A stretch of 33,303 nt of DNA from a virus. How positions within the stretch are numbered: the first letter of the stretch is position 1; each line of letters starts with the position of its first letter. The stretch covers positions 1 to 33,303 of IMG/VR virus record IMGVR_UViG_3300029849_000019; one strand, 5' to 3'. This document shows positions 6,771 to 14,968 of the stretch, one piece after another. A model generated the notes under the pieces. The model was not told where the DNA came from. It made no database searches and saw only the letters and a program-made list of their open reading frames with translations. Both the position numbers and the translations under genes were made by a program.

Positions 6771-7162
6771 GCCTTTATAAACCCGTCCGCCTTCATTTGG
6801 CAAATCAACGGCTCTATAAAAAGGTCTGCCTTGCCCCGTTCGGCCTCAAACCTTTTAACCTTGCTTGTATCGGGAACTACTACCGAGCCGCCGTATGTCT
6901 GAATCTTCATACCCGTGCTCGTACTGTTTTGGTCTGCTATCTGCAAATACCGCGCAAACGCGTAGTAGCAAATAACCTTTTCAAGCCCTGCGAAGTTAGA
7001 CCCGTCCGGGATATACTGCCCCGGAACAGCTTCGTACATGCTGTCAATCTGCGGCAATATATCGAGTAGGTCTGCCTCGAAGAACGCTTTTTCTATTTTG
7101 TTGTCTTTAACGTCCGTTGCTATTTCGAACAACTGGCGGAACAACGCTATCGGGTATGCCAT
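6731..7162 (-). CDS. Hypothetical virion protein (possible head-tail adaptor)
   Basis: ORF directly after the putative portal. Start taken at ATG 7162, because the track start at 7174 is a TTG. The function is a guess based only on position. Confidence 0.4.
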   Translation of the reverse strand: MAYPIALFRQLFEIATDVKDNKIEKAFFEADLLDILPQIDSMYEAVPGQYIPDGSNFAGLEKVICYYAFARYLQIADQNSTSTGMKIQTYGGSVVVPDTSKVKRFEAERGKADLFIEPLICQMKADGFIKACTVSNTRIGLIK

Positions 7163-8285
7163 CTTCTTCCTCAAATTTATTGTTAATTTCTGTTATTGAC
7201 GGGTCAACCCCGAAAACTTGGTACAACTCGCGCGAAATGCGTTGACGTATCTTTTGCAAGCTATTGCGATAGACCTTTTGCAACTCCTTTATAACCTCGC
7301 CCGAAGCGTTAGAATAGGTCATTAGCGAGCTATCAATAAGGGGTAACGGAATGTTATAGGCAGCTATCGCGATATCCTTTCGTAACGGTTCTACATATGC
7401 CTTGTAAAGCTCCCTATCTATAGGACTGCCTAACTGGTCTACCTTGATAAACGGTTTGTCCGTGGCTACGTTCTCGTCTCTTACAGTAAGAACTGAGCCA
7501 GCGTTCTCGCTTCCCATCATATCAGCCAGCGTATCACGGAACTCCTGCTGCGCCTGCTCGGTCTCGAAATCACCGTGCGACACAATACTACACATGTGGA
7601 ATCCTCTGCCCAAAGTACGGTTAACATACTTGCCGTTCTTGTCCTCCGCGCCCATCTCGTTTCGTACCGAGTGGAACGTGCTAAGGGGATATGGGCGCGT
7701 TGTACCAAGGTTCACATATAATAGCTGCCCTTTGTGGTTCTCAATACCGCCGCATTCCTCAACTTCCGAAGCGAAGTTTTCCGGGTCAAAGGTCGGGTAT
7801 ACTGTGGAGTTCTGCGCACTGCTTGTTGCTTTGACGTTCTGTCTATCCCAGTTATTGAAAACGCGCCATCTCTTTATGCTGGGGTCCTTCAAATAGTTGT
7901 CGCTCATCTCGGCACGGACATATTCAAACGGAACGTTGTACACGTTTCGGGGCTTGTAGCCTTCGGGCGTCAGCCCATACTGTACTATCCAAGCCCAGCC
8001 CCTAAAACGTGCAACATCGTTCGCTGTAGCCTCTAAAATATCGTCCATGTTACAGCCGTTCCCGTTTGTTATCGCCGCGAAATCCTTGTTTTTGAACCCT
8101 TCACAAATGATGTTCTCGGTCATCTTTTCAACTGCGGCCGTCGCTGTCTTCGAGGCATATATAAGCTCGGCTATTTCCTGCGGATATAAGTTGCCGTCTC
8201 CGTAGTTAATAATCTTATCGCCCGTATTAGCGGACAACTTAAGCGCTTTTTCGACAACAAGCGCGAAACGTCTGTAACCTATCAT
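7107..8285 (-). CDS. Putative portal protein
   Basis: 392 aa. The N-terminal pattern NLYPQEIAELIYASKTATAAVEKMTENIICEGF resembles portal family N-termini. No other portal candidate is present in the genome. Confidence 0.5.
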   Translation of the reverse strand: MIGYRRFALVVEKALKLSANTGDKIINYGDGNLYPQEIAELIYASKTATAAVEKMTENIICEGFKNKDFAAITNGNGCNMDDILEATANDVARFRGWAWIVQYGLTPEGYKPRNVYNVPFEYVRAEMSDNYLKDPSIKRWRVFNNWDRQNVKATSSAQNSTVYPTFDPENFASEVEECGGIENHKGQLLYVNLGTTRPYPLSTFHSVRNEMGAEDKNGKYVNRTLGRGFHMCSIVSHGDFETEQAQQEFRDTLADMMGSENAGSVLTVRDENVATDKPFIKVDQLGSPIDRELYKAYVEPLRKDIAIAAYNIPLPLIDSSLMTYSNASGEVIKELQKVYRNSLQKIRQRISRELYQVFGVDPSITEINNKFEEEDGIPDSVVPPVVRNSNGR

Positions 8286-8287
8286 TT

Positions 8288-8644
8288 TTAAACCTCCTCT
8301 TTATTGACTTCTACGAAGCATTCCGCATATGCCGGGTTTTCAGTCATGAGGCGTTCCGCGATTTTGTCTGTCATGTTCGCGCTCTTATACACGACACCAT
8401 CGACGTAATGCACGATACGCGCCCCTGGCTTCATCGCCCATCTGAAAACTACCTTAGTTAAATACTTCGTTTCATACCACAAAGATAAATATTCCATATC
8501 TATGTGGCAATTAGGGTCAAGTTTTAGACCTGTCATTGTGTAATACGCATCTAACTTTTCCTGTAATGTTGCAACCTTCGGTTCAACAACTACGGGTGCA
8601 GTGCTTTCGCCCTGCCCCGTAGTATTTGTTTTTTCTTCTGCCAT
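8288..8644 (-). CDS. Hypothetical protein (118 aa)
   Basis: ORF tightly packed in the structural operon. Confidence 0.55.
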   Translation of the reverse strand: MAEEKTNTTGQGESTAPVVVEPKVATLQEKLDAYYTMTGLKLDPNCHIDMEYLSLWYETKYLTKVVFRWAMKPGARIVHYVDGVVYKSANMTDKIAERLMTENPAYAECFVEVNKEEV

Positions 8645-8659
8645 TTTCTTTTTTTTTAA

Positions 8660-9220
8660 TTAAGTTGCTGGTGTACTCAATGCGTCATAATCTTCCTTTG
8701 ATATCCAATGAATGGTCGTCCCTGCTTGCCAATCATCAACACCGTAGGTTGCTGTTACATACCCGTCTTCTGTCGAATCCATATTATACTCAAGACAGAC
8801 AAGCGGTGCGCCAAGACCGTAAACACGGTAAACACCATTTCCGTGGTCTACTGCTACAACAAGCTCCAGCCGGGCAAAATTGCTTATTACCCCCATAGGG
8901 GAATTAGCAGAAGTCATACCGCGCAAACCGTCGCTCGTGTTAAATAGTTTAAAACCTATTGTTACATCGAACGCACCGGGCATAATGTCCTGCGATTTCA
9001 TAGCGACGCTTAGCGTTAGGGCATTGTTTACGACTGATACGTCATAACCCACTTTTGAGGCTACGCGCGTTATGGTTGCCTCCCCCGAAGACCCAGATAC
9101 TGTAAAACTCGCTATATCTGCTGCGTTGATTAGCTTTGCCCCTTGTATGCGGTTAAAAGCCGGCGATGGTGTTCCGCACACCATCGCCAAACTTCCGCTT
9201 ATACGTCCAATACATGCCAT
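8660..9220 (-). CDS. Structural paralog 3 of 3 (186 aa), MAC-N-terminus family
   Basis: Aligns with 9254..9808 (MACIxxxxxxxAxxC, INxADIASFTV, xEDYDAL C-terminus) and more weakly with 9811..10332. Confidence 0.6.
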   Translation of the reverse strand: MACIGRISGSLAMVCGTPSPAFNRIQGAKLINAADIASFTVSGSSGEATITRVASKVGYDVSVVNNALTLSVAMKSQDIMPGAFDVTIGFKLFNTSDGLRGMTSANSPMGVISNFARLELVVAVDHGNGVYRVYGLGAPLVCLEYNMDSTEDGYVTATYGVDDWQAGTTIHWISKEDYDALSTPAT

Positions 9221-9253
9221 ATTATTTTTTCCTTTCTTTTTTTTAGTTAATTA

Positions 9254-9808
9254 CTACCCTACTGCTGCCGCATAAAGGGCGTCGTAGTCTTCTCCTGTAA
9301 TAGCAAGAAGGTCTTCACCAATAACGTTTTCGGGGGTTTCAAATGTATATGTAGCCCAAGCACCGTTATCGTGTGAGTTTTGTTCCACTGCTGTAGCCGA
9401 CATACCGTAGTACAGACCATATACACGCGGATCTGCGGCCTTAAGCGTCGGAACCGTAGGCGCCTTAGCCATAATCACGAAAGACCCGTTAGAAAATGCC
9501 GACGCAACCGCACGCATTTCTGCATCCATCTCTCCGGTACATACCAACGTGGCGGAATGCGAGTAAGCGTTCGGTGCGCCGTCGTTAACCTTTAGCGCGG
9601 AAGATAAAACGAGTGAACGCTTAACGGTGTCGATTTTATATGCCTTAGCTCCGGAAACCAGGGTAACTCCGGAAACGGTACCAGTTGATTTATCAACTGT
9701 AAAACTTGCAATATCCGCCCTATTAATAATAATTGCGCTATGCAAACCCACTAATCCGGTGTCGCAATCATAGGCAATTGCGCTTGCCAATTTTGAAATA
9801 CATGCCAT
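9254..9808 (-). CDS. Structural paralog 2 of 3 (184 aa)
   Basis: Shares the N-terminal MAC..C motif, ADIASFTV and the C-terminal GEDYDAL with its neighbour. Confidence 0.6.
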   Translation of the reverse strand: MACISKLASAIAYDCDTGLVGLHSAIIINRADIASFTVDKSTGTVSGVTLVSGAKAYKIDTVKRSLVLSSALKVNDGAPNAYSHSATLVCTGEMDAEMRAVASAFSNGSFVIMAKAPTVPTLKAADPRVYGLYYGMSATAVEQNSHDNGAWATYTFETPENVIGEDLLAITGEDYDALYAAAVG

Positions 9809-9810
9809 AA

Positions 9811-10332
9811 TTAAACTGATTTAAGGATTATTGTATTTTTCGCTGTCTCAGACATCTCGAATTGATAATCGCCCGGTGAACCTTCCGGCGCGGTCAGTGT
9901 AATAGTAAACATACCGCCTGCCGCGTTTGAATCGCTTTCTATAGCCGAGCATTCCAGCGGGCATGTCCTACCGAGCAAGATAGCAAAGCCCGAAAGGTAT
10001 TCAACCATAACGAAGAATCTACCCGCAGAGAAAGCGCGTAACGGCAACGTGGACCCGCGCGGTATCTTGAACATTAACGAATAGCCGAGCCGCAAAGAGG
10101 CGTCCGTAGTCCTCGCTGCCGTGGTTAACTGAATGTTCTGTTTGTACCCCTCTACTAAGTACGATTTAGCAGCCTCTGCGAACGATACGTAAGCTACGTG
10201 TCCAGTATTGGAATCTAATGAAAGCGTAACATCTTCCGGGTACATCAAATATATATTCTTGATGCCGTTCTGCGTAATCGTGCATCCCTGCCGAATGCTA
10301 CCCGAAAGTTTATTTAAACATGCTCTTGCCAT
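9811..10332 (-). CDS. Structural paralog 1 of 3 (173 aa)
   Basis: The N-terminus MARACLNKLSGSIRQGC aligns with the MAC..C pattern of the two downstream paralogs. Confidence 0.55.
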   Translation of the reverse strand: MARACLNKLSGSIRQGCTITQNGIKNIYLMYPEDVTLSLDSNTGHVAYVSFAEAAKSYLVEGYKQNIQLTTAARTTDASLRLGYSLMFKIPRGSTLPLRAFSAGRFFVMVEYLSGFAILLGRTCPLECSAIESDSNAAGGMFTITLTAPEGSPGDYQFEMSETAKNTIILKSV

Positions 10333-10342
10333 ATTGTTATAA

Positions 10343-10381
10343 ATGAAAAAAAAAGGGTTGGGTTAATATCCCAACCCTTTT
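10343..10381 (-). terminator. Rho-independent terminator after the major capsid gene
   Basis: 11-bp stem AAAGGGTTGGG/CCCAACCCTTT with a 7-nt loop, followed on the minus strand by T9. It lies 18 nt after the stop at 10399. Confidence 0.8.
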
Positions 10382-10398
10382 ATTGTTAATACTAATTT

Positions 10399-11346
10399 TC
10401 ATCGCCCGGACTCGCGTACCCACATTTGCATCTTCTCGGGTGCTACCAACATAGCATCAGCCGCGAACAGAGTCTGTGAGTAGTAGTTACGGCTCTTTGC
10501 GTCCTGGATGAACGGAGCGATGTTAATAGAACTACCTTCCAGGGCAAGCTGAATGTTGTCCTTCGGTGTGAATACTACGAAAGCATCCGTCATACCTTCA
10601 GCCAAGGCAGCATTAGACACGTGGCGAAGCTCGTTAATCTTATACCCCTCGAAGAAGTAAACGGGTCTGCCATCTACAATGTCACTTTGTGCAACACTGT
10701 TATTGCGGTCTTGCAAAATGTTCTTATAAAGGCGCATAACGTTAGACGTTACGAAGAACTCCGAGGTATCGAGTGTATCGGGGCGCTGTGCGTCGATAGC
10801 CCCACGGAATGCAGCAAGAACGCCGTCTGTGGTGAGCTCCAGAGTTTTTTCTTCATTTTTGCTTTCCTTGAATTGCTTGATGATACCACCGTGTGTAAAG
10901 ATATCGTAGCCAGCAGTCCCTGGCTTAACATCACCGTCCAACCAAGCGAGACGCAGCAAGTCAGCTTCCAATACTTTCAATACTTCGGACTGAATGAAAC
11001 CAGCCAAATCGGTTGTGGAAAAATCGTCCTCGAGGTTAATACCGCGTGCCACCATTTTGCCCCACAAAGTTTGCAAACAGACTTCGATAGGCAGTTCAAT
11101 AGGTGCGTGTGTGTAATACTTAACCTTGTCGGTTATTTCACCGTAGAGGTAAGTGCTACCGCATCCTGCTGATCTGCGCAATGCCTTGTCGGCTGCTGTA
11201 AGGGAAACAACGGGCGTGTTGTTAGCGATACCATTAAGCACGGTAATGCCGTTAGAAATCTCACCAGCCAAACCGACGGTCAAAGAGATAACTTCATCCA
11301 AACTGTTAATATTCAGTTTGTTAAGCGCTGTAAATGTAATTGCCAT
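10399..11346 (-). CDS. Major capsid protein (HK97-fold type, putative)
   Basis: 315 aa. It follows a protease/scaffold gene and is followed by the strongest terminator in the genome. Size and position are typical. Confidence 0.6.
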   Translation of the reverse strand: MAITFTALNKLNINSLDEVISLTVGLAGEISNGITVLNGIANNTPVVSLTAADKALRRSAGCGSTYLYGEITDKVKYYTHAPIELPIEVCLQTLWGKMVARGINLEDDFSTTDLAGFIQSEVLKVLEADLLRLAWLDGDVKPGTAGYDIFTHGGIIKQFKESKNEEKTLELTTDGVLAAFRGAIDAQRPDTLDTSEFFVTSNVMRLYKNILQDRNNSVAQSDIVDGRPVYFFEGYKINELRHVSNAALAEGMTDAFVVFTPKDNIQLALEGSSINIAPFIQDAKSRNYYSQTLFAADAMLVAPEKMQMWVRESGR

Positions 11347-11377
11347 AATTTCTTAATTTTTTTTGTTTGTTCAAATG

Positions 11378-12370
11378 TTATTTTTTGTAAAATCTCTTTG
11401 CCGCTTCGGCTACCGCGTCTCGGCTAAGGGCTGCTTCTTTCTTCTTGTCCTTTGGAATGCCTACCAGAGGGACACCGGGTTTCGCTGTTGCACGGCTAAA
11501 CTGTGCGGTCATCGCTGCCATTGACTCTGTAAGCGTTTCGATAGATGCTTCAAGCGCTGCGACAGATGTTTCAAGCGCTGCGATGCGGTTTGCGAATTCT
11601 TCGGGTACAGCTGCGGTTTCGGGTTCTTCTACCTCTCCCTCGGGTTCTTCTGCCTCATAGGGCTTAACCTCGGTAATCACACCGTCTTCGATAGTGATAA
11701 CCAAAATACCTTCTTCGACTTGAATCTGTACTTCACCATCCGGGTGAACGTTGCCTTCGCTATCAAAGACCTTATCGCCGATAGCCATCACCTCACCAGC
11801 CGCCTCGATAGTAACGCTACTACCGTCCACGGTTTCTACTGTCTCCGTTGCAAACTGCGTCTTTTGGAATAGATTTGCAAACGAGCTGAAAAATTTGTTC
11901 ATTTTTTTCTCTGTTTTATCGTTATTAAAAAGGCTTTCCGTGGCGGCTGGAAGCCCCACTAAATCACATGAATACAATTCCACAAACTCGGTAACGTCAA
12001 GAATACCGTCATTCAATTCTACCGAATTGCAACCAACCACCGAAACGCCCAGCATATCGGACTCTTTTTCTATCATGGTTGCGATAAACTTCGCTTCATT
12101 GGGGTAGGCTGTCTCAAGTGCTTCGGACATCTCGAAATCGGCAAAAGCCGCGCCATTCTCGTAAACGAAATTCGTAAACTTACCCAGGTAGCCGTCCAGC
12201 ATATCTCTACCGTTATGGGTACGCCTGCAATGAATAGGCTTTAGGTTGCCGAGCGCTACAACGCTTTTAACTGCCGCGTCCGTAATCGAAATGGGGTATT
12301 CCCCGCCCTCGTACACCCCAAAGTTGGTCGTTAACCCGGCTTGAATAATTCTAAGCTTTTTAAATTTCAT
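11378..12370 (-). CDS. Putative prohead protease / scaffold fusion
   Basis: Start at ATG 12370, downstream of the TATCTTTG promoter; the upstream part of the track ORF is untranslated leader. The N-terminal domain carries H and GVSVVG-type motifs. The centre is acidic and the C-terminus is a coiled coil (IAALETSVAALEASIETL). Confidence 0.45.
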   Translation of the reverse strand: MKFKKLRIIQAGLTTNFGVYEGGEYPISITDAAVKSVVALGNLKPIHCRRTHNGRDMLDGYLGKFTNFVYENGAAFADFEMSEALETAYPNEAKFIATMIEKESDMLGVSVVGCNSVELNDGILDVTEFVELYSCDLVGLPAATESLFNNDKTEKKMNKFFSSFANLFQKTQFATETVETVDGSSVTIEAAGEVMAIGDKVFDSEGNVHPDGEVQIQVEEGILVITIEDGVITEVKPYEAEEPEGEVEEPETAAVPEEFANRIAALETSVAALEASIETLTESMAAMTAQFSRATAKPGVPLVGIPKDKKKEAALSRDAVAEAAKRFYKK

Positions 12371-12397
12371 AAAAAATTGTTTTTGTTGTAACACGTG

Positions 12398-12432
12398 CAA
12401 AGATAGCGCCTTTTGTCGTATGCACCATCTCT
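12398..12432 (-). promoter_or_regulatory. Internal promoter for the head gene cluster
   Basis: Minus strand reads GCGCTATCTTTGCACG (TAnnTTTG), 28 nt upstream of ATG 12370. Confidence 0.5.
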
Positions 12433-12449
12433 GCACGAGTTGATTAATA

Positions 12450-14957
12450 TTAGAAAGCCGCGAAGCCCTTGACTACCGCCACGTCATTTTGTCCGGCATT
12501 GATGTCCTGCACCGATACAACCGGGTTAGGCATGCTCATCACCGCATCGATGACTACCCCCGCGAGCTGGTTAATGCTTTCGCTTGATAGCTTCATGCTC
12601 TCCGCTTGCTTCACTACCCGGTTTGCCTCGTGAAGCCCGGAAACCATACCACCATCAGCGAACTTGTAAAGCCCCGACGTACCGAACGAATTGCCGCCGT
12701 GTGCCTCGTTGAGCGCGGATAGTGCGTTAATCTCGGCGCTCGCTGTCTTCTTCATAATATAGACGTTTTCACCGCCTTCTGCCTCGAACACCTGCCCGTT
12801 ATCGCCCCGGAACGTTACACCGCCTTGTGCATGGGAACGCCCGTATATCATACCCCCCTTTGCATATTTCTTGACTGACGTGTTAATTTTCACATCGGGG
12901 TCTTTCTGTTTTGCAATCGTAGCGACTTGTTTCATACCGAATGCTATAACAATTGCGGCTTGCGCAATACCTAATATACCACCCGTGGCAAGAGCTTTTG
13001 TTGCGCCTAAGTAGGTATTTATTGTAGCTTGAACAACGCCAAATGCCTTACCTATAGCACTTTGCTCCCCTAACAGTGTTGACATTTGCCCTGCCAGTCC
13101 TGCGGCCATCGTCAGTTCTGCGTTAACGCGCGCTCTGGTGTTCTCCTCTTTCGCCTTCTCATATTTGGACTGTATCAACGCGGTGTCCGCGCCTATCTTC
13201 TCGGCTGCTGCAATCTCCTGCGCATATTGCGCGTCAAGTTGCGCTTGCCTTAGGTCGTACTCGTTTGTTATTTCTGCCATCTTAAGTTCGTGCAAGTTCG
13301 CCGCGTCCATCGCTTCGCGCTCCCTCATTAAAGCGTCTTGTTCCTCTTTACGTTGCATCTCCAACTGCTGTATGCCCAAATTAAATTCGGCTTCCTTGTT
13401 GGCGTATTCTTGCTGCGTAATGAGACCTTGTTCTAACCTGTACTTTTCAAGCTTTAGACTTTCCTCGACGTATGCCTTTTCGTTTTCTAACTTCGTTCCG
13501 ATTGTATTGTTTTCCAGTTCTTTAGCTTGCATCGAAAGGTTAAGAGCCGTTAACGCTGTTTCCATCTGCTTTATTGTCTCGGCCTGTAATGCACGCTTTT
13601 GGTTCTCCGCGTCCTGCGCTGCCTTTATCGCGGCTTGCGCCTTTGCTGCCTCAGCTGCCTTGTAGGCTGCCTCATTAGCTGCTATCTGCGCCTTTACAAT
13701 GCCGCTCGCTTGGTTTTCCAGCTCTTTACGCTGCGCGACATAATCGGCTTGGCGTGCCTGTAGGTCTGCGAGTGCTTGCATCTCTGCGCGTCTGTCTTCC
13801 TTACTGGTGTAACTCAATTCGTTTTGCGCCTTGATTTGGTTGTACTTCTGCTGTAGTACGTCTATCTCGGCTTTTTCCATCTGCTTGGAAATCGCGATAG
13901 CCTTTTGCGCTGCTGCGTTTCGCTCCTCCGCGGTCTTTAGTTGGTCTCCTACAATGGTACGTTGTGCCTCGAGTTCCCTGCGCATCGCCGACAACGTTAC
14001 AAGGTTGTTTGTTTCCGCCTCGTATATTGCAAGTTCTTGCTTGGTGAGCGCTTTGGCTGCGTTCGCTGCCTTAGTGGTCTCCTCGGTAATGAGACCGATA
14101 GACGAAAGTAAGTTAACGACCTTCTCCGTTATCCACTCGAAAGCCTTTGCCACACCCCCGAGAAGCTCGGTTATGCCGTCCAGAATACGCGAGAAAATAG
14201 CCTCAAACGGAGCGAATGCCGCCTTTAGGTTTGCTGCCATCTCGCTATTGCGTTTCATCAGTTTTTCAACCGTTGACACGAGAACAAGGATAACCGACAC
14301 AACCGCCAATATTGGGTTGGCTCTCAACGTAGCATTAAACACCTTTAGGATGTTCACGCCCCCGGATAGAGACGTAGCCATAGCCGCCGTTGCCCCGGAA
14401 AGCCCCTTCGTGCTGCTCATGGCTTCCTGGATGCTTTCCGCATAGTTACCTACGTTCCTACGGTTATCGCCTACAGCCTTTTCCATGTCCTTAAGGCGGT
14501 CGCTTATTTCCTTTGTCTCGGTGACAAGCTTCTGCCCCTCATCCGTGTTGTTGCGCGTCGCTGCGCTCATCGCGTTTAGCTCCTTGGTATTCTTTGCCAG
14601 TTGGGCGCGCAAGGCGTCCACGCTATCCTCTTGGCTGTTTAGGAGCGTCGTGTTCGTCTTTATCTCGCGGTTGTTGTCGGAGATTGAGGCGTTAACGTCC
14701 AACAACTGCTTTCTCAATTCGATTTGTGTCTTTGCCGCATCGCCTACCGCCTTTTTATACTCGTCTTGTCCGATTGTCCCAGCCTTGTACGCCTTGCCTG
14801 CCTCGTCCAACTGCTTCTTCTCGTCCTTAAGTGCCGCCATTAGCTGGCTCTTTGTTTCTGCCAGCTCTACGGACTTCGCTATAAGAGCGTCCAACCCGTC
14901 AAGGGCTGATGACGTATCGAACGAAAGGTCTAATAGAGTAACTTTTTCTGTTGCCAT
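12450..14957 (-). CDS. Tape-measure-like protein (835 aa)
   Basis: Very long A/E/K/Q-rich coiled coil, hydrophobic segments (ILAVVSVILVLVS, GILGIAQAAIVIAFG) and a Gly-rich C-terminal domain (YAKGGMIYGRSHAQGGVTF...FADGGMVSG). Confidence 0.5.
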   Translation of the reverse strand: MATEKVTLLDLSFDTSSALDGLDALIAKSVELAETKSQLMAALKDEKKQLDEAGKAYKAGTIGQDEYKKAVGDAAKTQIELRKQLLDVNASISDNNREIKTNTTLLNSQEDSVDALRAQLAKNTKELNAMSAATRNNTDEGQKLVTETKEISDRLKDMEKAVGDNRRNVGNYAESIQEAMSSTKGLSGATAAMATSLSGGVNILKVFNATLRANPILAVVSVILVLVSTVEKLMKRNSEMAANLKAAFAPFEAIFSRILDGITELLGGVAKAFEWITEKVVNLLSSIGLITEETTKAANAAKALTKQELAIYEAETNNLVTLSAMRRELEAQRTIVGDQLKTAEERNAAAQKAIAISKQMEKAEIDVLQQKYNQIKAQNELSYTSKEDRRAEMQALADLQARQADYVAQRKELENQASGIVKAQIAANEAAYKAAEAAKAQAAIKAAQDAENQKRALQAETIKQMETALTALNLSMQAKELENNTIGTKLENEKAYVEESLKLEKYRLEQGLITQQEYANKEAEFNLGIQQLEMQRKEEQDALMREREAMDAANLHELKMAEITNEYDLRQAQLDAQYAQEIAAAEKIGADTALIQSKYEKAKEENTRARVNAELTMAAGLAGQMSTLLGEQSAIGKAFGVVQATINTYLGATKALATGGILGIAQAAIVIAFGMKQVATIAKQKDPDVKINTSVKKYAKGGMIYGRSHAQGGVTFRGDNGQVFEAEGGENVYIMKKTASAEINALSALNEAHGGNSFGTSGLYKFADGGMVSGLHEANRVVKQAESMKLSSESINQLAGVVIDAVMSMPNPVVSVQDINAGQNDVAVVKGFAAF

Positions 14958-14968
14958 AATCCAGATTA

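Noticed and set aside
6770-6803. N-terminal extensions given by the ORF track at 6803, 7174 and 12436
   Set aside because: At 6803 and 7174 I checked the track start and it is a TTG with no leader. The 12436 extension I rejected because it overlaps the promoter at 12398-12405. Downstream ATGs (6770, 7162, 12370) fit the spacing of neighbouring genes and promoters better.
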